A stretch of DNA of 53,628 nucleotides, counting the filler, from Sluysia triapertura (taxonomy: Eukaryota), in the NCBI GenBank assembly GCA_046118255.1. It is 4 parts of 4 records of this genome, joined end to end, with 100 filler letters (N's around TTAATTAATTAA, not from the genome) between each part and the next. Parts side by side here need not be neighbours in the genome. Positions count along the whole stretch, not along the records: positions 17,070 to 30,603 come from JBJNIA010034044.1; positions 30,704 to 42,308 come from JBJNIA010182901.1; 2 more parts are not named here. The stretch is one strand, 5' to 3'. Position numbers and translations under genes: made by a program. This document shows, in pieces, positions 23,816-35,040 of this stretch (positions are counted from its first letter, which is position 1; the number at the start of each line of letters is the position of its first letter). The notes below the pieces were generated by a model. That model saw nothing but the letters and a program-made list of their open reading frames with translations, was not told where the DNA came from and ran no database searches.

Positions 23816-24239
23816 AGCAGTATTACAAATTAAACTTTTAGTTTAAACATTATAACGCTTTCTTCATGTGTGATTGTTATTCGACAAGGAGGTATTGAAA
23901 CAGTGGCATATCGAAATGTGTCAGTATTCGTTTTATTTAATGAATTCGTGAGATTTATTGGACACGAAGCTAAGCAACAAGTTTCCAACATTCCAAACAC
24001 CATTTTTAGGAAATTAATAACGTTCCATACAAAGTTTTTACTTGCTGTGCACCTGACCTAGTCAGAAGAAGTTCCAGAAGCAAGTTTAAGTACTAAAGTT
24101 GTGTAAGAAGAGTGTTTTATTGCAAACATAAATCGAGCTAAATTAATACATGGCACTACTGGTTTCAGCTGTTTCTGATGGAATTACTTGTCCGGACTTT
24201 CCTGAAGTAGATTAAGAAGCTAAAGAATTTGTATTTGTA

Positions 24240-24700
24240 TTGAGTTGGTGCATACATTCGTGCGGTTTTATTTGTTGCAAAGAAAACACACCAATTTCTT
24301 GTTTTAACTGATTTGAGTTGTATGCATAGATCTGAATTATCTATTTAAATCATTTTAGACTAACTTTCACTTTCATTACCCTCATTAAAATGGAGTGTCA
24401 ACTAGATAAAAATGAACATTTCCGGCATCTACCCCTTTTCTATTTTAATCAACATTTAATAGAATGGAGAAAGGCAGTCAGTAAACGAACAGCACAAAAG
24501 TGGTTTCGAAAAATCACCAAGCTTCTTCAAACGTGGGATTAACTATCTGCAACAACGGTGGAAAGAAATGATCGAGGATTGAGACTGAGATATTTGTTTT
24601 TTCATTTTGTTATCTGGAATTTTTTGCATGGTTTTTATTCTTGATCAATATTCATTTTTCATATTTGTGAAAAACCCCACGAACTTATGCACCAACCCAA
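24240..24700 (+). mobile_element. Internally deleted mariner element
   Basis: TA-flanked 30-bp TIRs TTGAGTTGGTGCATACATTCGTGCGGTTTT / AAAACCCCACGAACTTATGCACCAACCCAA; remnants MECQLDKNEHFRHLPLFYFN, AVSKRTAQKWFRK, FFKRGINYLQQRWKEMIE. Confidence 0.92.
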
Positions 24701-25205
24701 TAGACGTGATGAATTATTTAATGTTATAAAAACGAAATGATACTAAATTATTTTAAAAGTTATCATTGTAAATATAAATTACGAAAAGAAGATCGATATT
24801 TTATAAAATAAATTTATTTAAAATGACTGAAATGTTTCTCGTAGTTGTAACATTCTCTGTACTGGGCTTGTTATTATTTAGAGAAGTTTACCAAGCAACT
24901 TCATAAAGAAAAGTCGAATGAATTTATCCCATCAATGCAACAATTATGTTTACGTTCCAAGAAGGAAGTAATGTGTGTTGAGTGTGTGTATTTAAATATG
25001 CAATTTTATAAAATAAAGAAACACGTATTGTGGACAGTTTCTGCACTCTGCGTAATCTAATGTCTTGTAAGTTTTAATACGAATTCTATTGATGACAAGA
25101 ATCATTATAAGACATAAGAATTATATTAACAAAGAAGACTTTAATATTCGAAATGAAAAAGATCGCTAAAACTAAATTTATGTATAAATATTTCTTTATT
25201 TTGTA

Positions 25206-25751
25206 CCGTGTTTCCCCGAAAATAAGACAGCTTATTATTTTCATGTATCGAATTTTGAAATTTCTAACTATACAAAAAACAAGAAAACCAATCTACCAAC
25301 TTACTAATGATTAACACGTTTTATGTTTAAAAACTACTAACTATGAATCGTTCAAAAATGACCATATCGTCATCCTCTGGAATGTCTTGCAAGTCACACT
25401 GGATTCAAAAGTTCCTGATGAGTTTTCTTTTAACTGAATTTCATTTTTTAAAGTCATTCTCAAGGATATTGTGCGACAAAGGAGAAATGCTTTGATAATT
25501 GATAATAAAATCTTTTGCTTGGAGGATTGTCTGAAAGTGAATCACAATCAGCATCTTGTTATAGTCAGTCACAGTTTGAAAGTGAACTAGAATGTATTGT
25601 AATTTAAAGCTAATTGTGCTTTAAATGCGTCATCTCAAGCCATTCATTAGGTATCCTAATCGGCTATCAAGCAGGGTTTATTTTAGGAATAGGTCTTAAA
25701 TTAAAATCATCCTGAAACATCACGCTAAGTCTTATTATCGGGAAAACAATG
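25206..25751. mobile_element. pogo/Tigger-like non-autonomous element
   Basis: TA|CCGTGTTTCCCCGAAAATAAGAC at left, degenerate inverse GTCTTATTATCGGGAAAACAATG at right. Confidence 0.65.
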
Positions 25752-26087
25752 CTTTTAAAATTGTTATACTTTGAAAAATAAAATTTTCGAACAGTTTGTT
25801 CATGCCGTATTAAACAATATACGCAGATGAGTAATTATCCGTCATCATCCCTCTCACCGTTACTGTGTTTACCATAAATTGCCATATTTATTCTTTTGAC
25901 ACTGAATTGCGGCAAATTTGAAATAAGGGTTTACAAAATTGAAACAAGGGCGGAAACCCAATATAAAATGAGCTTAATTCAGCACAATTGGACTTTTTCA
26001 TTCTCGTATTATGATCATGAAGCACTATTCCTTCACTCCCTTGCTGAATTTCGTTAAAACATTTTAATAATTTTGCTTATTTTTAAG

Positions 26088-26431
26088 GTTCTCCGCAAGA
26101 TGCACGAACTCCATTCAGCAACACTGTTGGTATTTCTTCCAGGCAACAGACTCACTATCCTCAATCGATGATCCATCATTCTATCTTGGACCATTTATTG
26201 TCATCTTTAGACGAATATAACAATGAATATACCCTGCCATCCCTACCAATTGTAATAACTGAAGAACAGGAAGCTGCTATCATGTTAGAAACTAGTTACC
26301 AACTTAGTGGAGCATCACATTACGATCCTAACTCACTCAAGGAGCTCTATCTTACTTTGACTAGTCTTGATACTGAACTGACGGGTTGTTTGGGTTTTGG
26401 CGATTTAGTGTTGTCGTTCCAGCGAAAAGGA
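26088..26431 (+). CDS. Uncharacterised EF-hand-like protein, exon 3
   Basis: Acceptor TTTTAAG|; GSPQDARTPFSN...DPNSLKELYLTLTSLDTELTGCLGFGDLVLSFQRKG (helix-DxxxxG-helix EF-hand-like); donor GTTAGT; in phase with exon 2, but the join crosses a gap. Confidence 0.65.
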
Positions 26432-26898
26432 GTTAGTCTTGAATTAAGTATTACTATAAATGTATAACAATAATAATCTCATTTGTTGCCAATATAAAAT
26501 AAATTTCACAAAGACCTCAGTAAAACAGAAATTCGACGAATTATTAACTTGTCATTTACTAGAACGTGCGATTTGATACTTGGTAACTTGGTAAGACTTC
26601 CAGCTTTAACAATCTCAACTGTCAAGAGTGTTTAAATATTTTCATAAAGATCAAAAGTACTAACAAACACCTACAAACAATGCCTTTTTGTTAGACCTAG
26701 CTTAAGAGACAACAAAATAAATATGTAACGACTTAAAAGTGCAGTAGGCGTATCTGTAACTGTGATTACAAATTCTGAGCTTCGAATCATCTGTATAACT
26801 TAATATATCTTAGTATAATGTCTTAATAACAGAGGTTCAAATTTATCACATTATGCCTTATTTGAATTTAGAATTTGACTGCTTATTCTACTATAGCG

Positions 26899-29355
26899 TG
26901 TGGTGGTCGACCCAATACTTCGAAATTGTATTCCAATATTTCACAACATTTTATAACTCATAATAAATCCAAACATTCTAGACAAATTTCGTAACATCAA
27001 TTTTACATTCAATACCAAAATCATCAAAGATCTACAACAATAATTCAAAATATTGCAAACTTTATTCTTACCTTCTCAAAACATTTTTAATTCATAACTT
27101 TATATCATTAAAATTATATTCATTTTCAGATTTACAATGTACATTTAAAAATTCATTAGAAACACTTTTAGGCATTATTTAATAACATAAAAATCACAAT
27201 TACACCTTAAATCATCGAACACACATTTCAAAATATTTCAACCTTTCAATCTTTTAACATTCAGCCTCTAATATCATCGAAAAACATTAACTTAACTTTT
27301 AAATTATTTTTAGATATTACAATCAAAATGACATCTCTTCATCATCCTTAGTAAGTATGATTATCTTTAAACAATCCTCCGTCAATTCTTTCTACGTTAC
27401 ACATCTCGGTAATCACTGAATAAAGCCTCTTTTAAAGAATAAAATCAGAATGTCTTTCAAAAGCTTTCAAAGATGAAAAGGACATCATTTACATAACTTC
27501 ACTTATTTATATTTAAACTAAAGAAATTTCATTAGTTAAAACTTTCTACAGTATTTTCGGTTGATTTTCGTATTATTGTTATTTTTATTATTAATTCATT
27601 TCAATTCATATTATATTTTATTATTATTATTACTTTATTTTATTTAATATTGACCCCATTTTATTATCATTTATTTCAATATATCATCAAAATTAATAGC
27701 ATGTGTATCTGTTTATTCACACCCTGTCACCAGTCGACATTTTAATTTAAAACATTTTAGCAATCCTTAGGCACTGTCGACGGATGACAGTAAATTACAT
27801 TTCAGTCTAATCAAAAACACAATTCAATCCACGTGCACTCAAGCTCGTAATTTTAACTTATTAAATATAGCAATTGATTGGACGTCCAATCATCACTTGT
27901 AACAAAAATTATAAAAAAATGATTTTATAAGAGTTTAATTTTACAGTGTTAGCTACCATTTTTATTAATTGTATATTAATACTAATATTTACCAAAAATT
28001 AACTGCAGATTTTATTGAACATTGACGATCCAAATAAATAAATAAATAAAAAATTGTTTTACACGACATGTCTACGATAACAAGAAACATATCAAGATTA
28101 ATGGATCCCTTTTATTCGAACCACAAGACTGTGTTCAACTTAGTAAATTCGAAATTAATTTCATATTTGATTCGTTGATTGTTGTTAATGGAATCGGTGA
28201 TGAAACTTTGGGTTTAGATTCTCTAAGAAGTTTACTGAACGAAAGGATTGCTATGATTTTGAAGTTTTATTAGAGTTATATATTGACAAAACAATTAATA
28301 TGGTACCATTTCTAATTCTTATCCATAGACTATTTCGTCTTGTTTGTATTTCTTATGAAACTGGAATCACCGACAAAAATTTTGTTGCTATAAATAGTGA
28401 AATGTTAAATAGATTTAATGTTGAAAGTGAACAAGATGATGATACTATAACATTAAAAGGTTATTTAGTTTATTTAAAGTATGAGACTAAAACTATGTAT
28501 GATGAGTATAACAGCAAATGTCATGGAATGAAGCAGAAAGTGGATAGAAGAAAACGAAACTGTCTTCAGTATTTAAAACGATCGAAAGAAATAAAGTCAG
28601 ATAATAATTTTTATGTGTGCATATGTAAAACCCTTCGTGAGTTTCATTTCTTAGTAAAACTTTTCTCACAGTCTAATTTGGAATTACCTAATGATTTTAA
28701 TAGTCTAAAGCATGTTATACCATTTGATGTCAATAAATATCGCGTAAAAATAAAAAATGTTTTATAATTTATAATTTGTTGAATTATTTGAAATTATATA
28801 AAACTTTAGCGTTTAAATTCAACTTTGAACAAATAAAAATGATGTGCATCACCTTATTATTTTTCCTGCATAACCAGTATCAAAAGACCATAATTTAAAC
28901 GAAAACAATTTGAATTTCATATTCTTCAAACAAGCTACAGATGCATCAGGAACATCGTATATGGAAAGAGTAAAATTTACTTTAGGATATTGTCACACAA
29001 TTTTATTTGACAAATACGAACTCAAGGTTAAAATGAATTCACCTGATGTTAGTGGACCAAACAATTTTGTTGACAATGTTTACTTGGAAGTAATTCCTAA
29101 TCTTATTACTATCGAATTAAGTTATATTATCTATTTTTATTTTAGGATCCACAACCCCGTGCAGTCGATAGCATATTCTCGAATGAAGACTCGTCATAAA
29201 AACAACAAACAATTTCTTATTATAAATTTAGATATGGAATTTAAATGCGTTATAAATAAAATTGTTTATTTGTCCTCATTTATTTTTATTTCTAAACTAT
29301 GTAATAATTAAATTAAATAAAGCTAATATTACACTGTACAACTTTAAATACACAA
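26899..29355 (+). mobile_element. TGTGGTGG-family cassette (U7) with decayed cargo gene lacking a visible CCCH
   Basis: Starts TGTGGTGGTCGAC; G-poor leader; boxes 27724-27740 and 27774-27790; perfect palindrome TGATTGGACGTCCAATCA 27875-27892; broken ORFs ~28070-29089; intron 29090-29145; last exon DPQPRAVDSIFSNEDSS*; flanked by ATAGCG on both sides. Confidence 0.8.
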
Positions 29356-29418
29356 ATAGCGATTAATGATCAGAACAAATTATTGCTTAGGTGAAATTAG
29401 TAGTAGTAATAATAATAA

Positions 29419-30350
29419 TGTGGTGGACAGCATCTTCGCACACAATTTTAATACATCACACTACACTAAAAATCATATTTTTACAACACCCAAAGCACTC
29501 ATTTCATCAAAAATCATTAAATTTGTATTTAAAATTTAAAAACAAAGAATAAACCAAATGGAATTTCTTTTAACGCCTTTAACTTCATTAATTCTCTGTC
29601 GTAACCCTCTTTCATAATTTTTTATTATATCTTTCCTCCTTTTCATTTTACACCTAATACTTATTTCACGTGCTACTTCTTTACCTAAAAGAAGTATTAA
29701 CCAGTAATACAACTGTTAAATCCCTTCTGAATTCTATTAGTCAATCAAAACTCAGGTACAAATACCTGTTCTTCCGCTACTCAGAAATCATATGATCATG
29801 TATCATCAGTTTCATCTTATTAACCAATTAAATCCACGAAATTCAAATGCAAAGAAACAAGAAGAAGAACTGAATAAGCAACAAATTACGAAGATTAATG
29901 CATCAACGAATAGAAACAAAACAGCAGCATTATGAACATCAAAAGAAGCTACAATTTTATCAGCAATTTTTCAACAATTTGTAAATAATGAGGCTCATGC
30001 AACAATGTGTTTTCTAACAAAATATAGTAATGTTATCCATCGTATGTTGATGGTCTTTATAAACGTGACCTACAAAGATCAAGTTGATATAATCGACGCA
30101 AGTGACAGTTTGAAGATTATTTGGGCACAATTCAATGCACCCATTACCACAACAATATGTTGTAACCGTGATTCAATTCTAGAGATGAAGAAGTATCTTC
30201 CCTGTCGTTTCAAGTACGATATTTTGATTTTTATTTCCATTTCCTTTTAGTCAATTTCCATCCTTGTTTCATCCTTGTTAAAGTCCAACCTACGAAATGT
30301 TCAGGAATGTTACAACATTTTATATTTGATAAACTTTTACCTTTTAATTG
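29419..30350 (+). mobile_element. TGTGGTGG-family cassette, short-leader MEFLL subfamily (U8)
   Basis: TGTGGTGGACAGC; first ~180 nt align to the reverse complement of 39225-39363; ATG GAA TTT CTT TTA at 29558; candidate terminal intron 30214-30250. Confidence 0.7.
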
Positions 30351-30529
30351 TGTAATCATAATTAAATTAGATTTCAATTTTAATAAATGCCTTATTATTT
30401 TTATTATATATTTTTAAATAAAATTGAATGGAATTATAGAAATCATAAAGGAAAATTTTATAGACACAATGTAATCATCGATTTTGATAAATTTTATTTT
30501 AATAATCAATTGCTAAATATATTTCAATC

Positions 30530-30530
<1 letters not shown>

Positions 30531-30603
<73 letters not shown>
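30531..30603. repeat. (GTA)n microsatellite abutting gap 30604-30703
   Basis: Direct reading. Confidence 0.95.
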
Positions 30604-30703
30604 NNNNNNNNNNNNNNNNNNNNNNNNNNNNNNNNNNNNNNNNNNNNTTAATTAATTAANNNNNNNNNNNNNNNNNNNNNNNNNNNNNNNNNNNNNNNNN
30701 NNN

Positions 30704-30928
30704 CGATCTGTCAGTATACTCGATAGATTCAAAAACCATAAATCCAATCGCCGTGAAAATTTGGGAAATTATTAGGTATATCCCCGGGAAGGTTTTTGAA
30801 AATTTTATTGTTAATTTTCATTTTGATGTATTGTACACATTTGATCATTAATAAACTATGCTTGATTTATCAAAACTGCCTTTTTGTTCAAATTTTTAAC
30901 ATATCAACGCGTGAACGAGTACAGCTAG
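30704..30928 (+). mobile_element. Non-autonomous Helitron-like repeat, 3' part
   Basis: Shares GATAGATTCAAAAACC...AATCGCCGTGAAA...CCCCGGGAAGGTTTTTGA with 46869-47217 and 53461-53628; ends CTAG|T. Confidence 0.75.
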
Positions 30929-30957
30929 TTTAAGAATAAATAAAAATAAATAGAAAA

Positions 30958-31920
30958 TAAGCTGCCTTTGATACGGCATATCATGAAATATTACTTTGTG
31001 ATCTCCTAAGAATGTCTCATTTAGTGGAATAAAATGGTTTGAATCATATTTAAAAGAAAGAAGTCAATACGTTTTATTGAATAATGTGAAGTCAAGTGAG
31101 GTATTTGTAAAGCATGGAGTTCCTCAAAGATTGATACTTTGCCCATTATTGTTTGTAGATCAATGATGTTTCGAGTATAATTTAATCATGTTTAAATACA
31201 TACTGAATTTTAAGTGAATAACATATAAAATATTATTTAAAGAATAGAAGAACCAGTATCTGTATTGATAAAATTGTTTGGAAATAAATACTTGAAAATC
31301 AAATGAAGAAAAGTCAGAACTTATGATATTCAGTAATAAATGAAACAAAGTTATTTGTAAGTAGGAAGATCGTGGAAGCAAAACTAAAAGTACTAAATGT
31401 AGGCTGGATTCACAAATGAACATGGAAAAAAATTAATTATATTGTTAAAAGTGTAAATATCGATTAAAGAAAATATCAAATATTTAAAAATTTATTAATA
31501 AGGAAACTAAACTAATTGTTCATTCATTGATAATTAACAACATAGATTTTAACAGTGGTATATAATACTCAATTTCATATAGAAACTGTCATATATAATC
31601 TCATATATATGACATATATAATTTCGTATATAATCTGTCACCAAGACTAATTTTTAAGTAAGATCTCATGCAATACCTTATCTTAAAAAATTATATTGGT
31701 TACAAATCAAAGCAAAAGCAGAATTAAAATACTTCTATTGCGGAAATGCTGAATATTTTTTGGAAATAATAAAAAATTCGGAAAACAAATTGAATATATT
31801 AATTTATACGGAATGCGTTTGTTTCAAAAATATACAACCAGTTACCAGAGGATGTTAAATTTCTGAAAGATTATGAAATATTTAAGAAAAAGGAATGTGT
31901 TTTATGTTTCAGAACTATTA
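30958..31920 (+). mobile_element. 5'-truncated CR1/L2-clade LINE remnant
   Basis: RT motifs AAFDTAYHEILL...IKWFESYLKERSQYVLLNNVKSSEVFVKHGVPQRLILCPLLF (30961-31155); 3' part repeated inverted at 37885-38380. Confidence 0.85.
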
Positions 31921-33049
31921 GAGTGAATGATTTATTTTAAGCGTTTGTGATTTCTTATTTTACTGTAATTATTAGTCCAATACAAATTACTGAACTATTT
32001 TCCACAATGATGTTTTACATACAAATGAATTAAATTCTAATTTTTATTTTATTGATATCATGCATATTTGTATTCTGTAACTTTTCCTTGTGGCTATTTA
32101 AGTATGGTAGGTTCCGCTTTTTATGCTTTTTTTATTTTCATTTTCATTTAAGTACTTTTTGAAATATTTCTTTTCCATTTTTAGATTTTTAATCTTTTTT
32201 TGATAGCGCAATTTTATAATTATTTTATTTAAGCGATTTACATAATATACGAAAGAAATTAGCCAAATAATAGAAATGAACTACAGAAAAATTATTATAT
32301 AATGGAATCAAGGAATTTATTGGCTGCTATATAATATCAGTTCTAATAATAAAATGGAGTTATCTACAATCAGCACAAGTTGTAATAAGTATAATGTATT
32401 ACATTTTATTTATCTATCTTGACGGAATACAGAATTATGTATCAAATTCATTTTAAAGTATAATTGAAAATAATGAATTTTTACAAGTTTTTTAAGTTAA
32501 TAAAGTATTAAATATGTTATATCAAGTCGAAACACAAAGAACATGAAAATAATAAATATTTAAAATAAAGAGTTATTTTGTATCATATTACCTTTTACCT
32601 TCATAATAGCACATTTCTGTGTTTTTCTATGAACTTGAACTCAAAATTAGTTTAATCCATATTTGATGACTTAAGGCAGGTGTGTCTACAACCTGTACAA
32701 CATTACTTTACTTAAATATACGTAAACGAGGGCCTAAGTAATTACATTTATAATTATGTAGTGCTTTATTCAAAATAATGATATTTTATTTAAATTATTC
32801 ATGTTTTTTAATAAACCGACAAAACTGAACCTAAAAATATTTTTTATTTTCCTTAACAATATAGTCAACTGATACGAATATGTATACAAAAACAATAATG
32901 TAACTCTAAGAATAAATTCTTAAATAAAATAATTATGAAGAATTTTTTCTCTGAAAAATGGAAAGAACTATTTCAAAAGTACACTTAAAGAAAATAAAAG
33001 AAAATGAAAATAGAATAATAACATTAAAGATTGGTGTTTACCGCACTTA

Positions 33050-35040
33050 ATTAGCCAAGTGAGGACTAACAAATCAAGAGAAATATTGTAGATATAAATG
33101 AATGCCATTGATAAACACAATACAAATAAATATTGAATTGAGAATTTAAACTGAATATTATTTTAAGATTGTGATCTGAATGGTATTTAACAGAATTAAT
33201 GTTACATTTATTATTTTTTACTAAGAAGATCGTAAGAATGGCTGAGATAAGTAAGTAGATCAGTTAGGAATTTTTTCAATTCTATTATCCTTAGTGCCAG
33301 ATTCTTTAATAACTTAGCAGGTTCGATATAACGTCTATAATAGTAATTAACAAGGCGCCAGAAATTTATTTTCGAATTGATAAGGGGACGATCTGCCTTT
33401 TTTATATTGACACAACAATAGAAAAACTAAGTTCGCATTTATAAAATATTTAAGAAAATTAATGTCACTTCCTAGAACATTCCAAGAATGAACACTGAAC
33501 TCTAATATGATCTCGAATAATATGCCTCCGTCTTACAACACTATTTATCTTATTTTCTTTACACATTTTGAGTTTCTGTTTCCAGAATTTCGCAACAATG
33601 GTTCGATACTTTCTTGACTTGATTTCCGCAATTCATCATAATCATGTGAAAACCTTTTATAACGGTTTCACCATTTGACCTACGATCAAACATGCACTTG
33701 ATATATTTACTTTGTTCGTTTATATCTTCATTTATCTATCCAAAATTTTATTTTAAACTGAAATAATACGCATTGAATTGTAATACGTATTGGAGTCTCT
33801 TCGGAATTATGTTCATAAGTTTGTTGTATTGATTCTTTAATTAGACTGTTACAATCATTTCGACTTAAACATAAAAATATAATTGAACTACATTCTCCTG
33901 AATCTTTTTTAAAGAATAATAAATGATGTATTGGTGAGACCAAATTAATAAGTTGAAATTTGACGTAAGTTTCGCACAACGTTTCATCTTTATATGAAAA
34001 GGACTGAGTGTCATGATTAATTATTAGATGAGATGGAAATTGAATGTCATGCATGCGATTTATTTCATATGTATTAACATTTGGGACTTGGTGATCTTAT
34101 GATATTAAGTACTTTTGATTGCATAATTTTTCATCTTGAATAAAAATCGGGTCAAAAATTTCAGCATGGTTCTCGTTCGAGTAAATTGATAAAAAATTCA
34201 TAAAAATTAAATTATATTGCGAGATAATAAAAGGTGCTTGCTTTGGAATCAAATAAATTATACAAAGGCAGAAAATTTCGTCAATTTTTGTTTTTGCCAA
34301 AAGTTTAATATAATTGTTGTATTCTTAATTGTTTATTTGCCAGTGAATAGGCAACCTTTATATCCAATTTTCATAGATTACCAAACAGTGACTATATCAT
34401 ACTAATTACTAATGATGTCCTTAATGATATCGATGATGATGATGATGATGAATTTTAATTAATGTCGCTAGAACTACTGTCATTTTGAAATTAATTTTGT
34501 ATTTATTTTATTTATTAAAATTAAATAAAATTAATATATCTTAGTAATTTAATTTAAAGTTATTTTTAAATTAGACTTATTCTTTTAAATGATTTTTCTT
34601 AAGTTAGAAATATTATTTTAATTTATTTATATTTAGCCTTGTAGAAAATCATTAGATGTTTTGAAATGCATAATTGAAAGTATAATATGATATAAAATGT
34701 GCAGAAAGATATAAAAAATGTTCTGAGAAGAATATAGTATGGTATTAACTGAATAGATTAACAAGTTTTAAGAAATGTCTATGTAATTTGCAATATACAT
34801 CTTCAAGTTATACTAAAGATTGTCAGAAGTATGAACTGCAGTTTATTAATGAATGCGGTTTAACATAATGATAGAAATGACGTAACCTGATGTTTAAAAT
34901 ATATGAAAAGATATGAAGAATATAAAGTGAGAAGTTGTAAGAATTCTAATATGTTTAAGATTGTAAATGATTTGTACTTAATGGTTGTGACAGATTTTTT
35001 TAAGATAATAAAATTGTAAGTTTTTTAGTGAACCACAACA
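33050..35040 (-). mobile_element. TGT-initiated cassette (U9) with long decayed orphan gene
   Basis: Minus strand starts TGTTGTGGTTCAC at 35040; ~400-nt G-poor leader; broken ORFs 34300-33230 (incl. 33728-34054, 34097-34300); short terminal intron GTAAAA...ATTCAG (~33176-33221). Confidence 0.55.
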
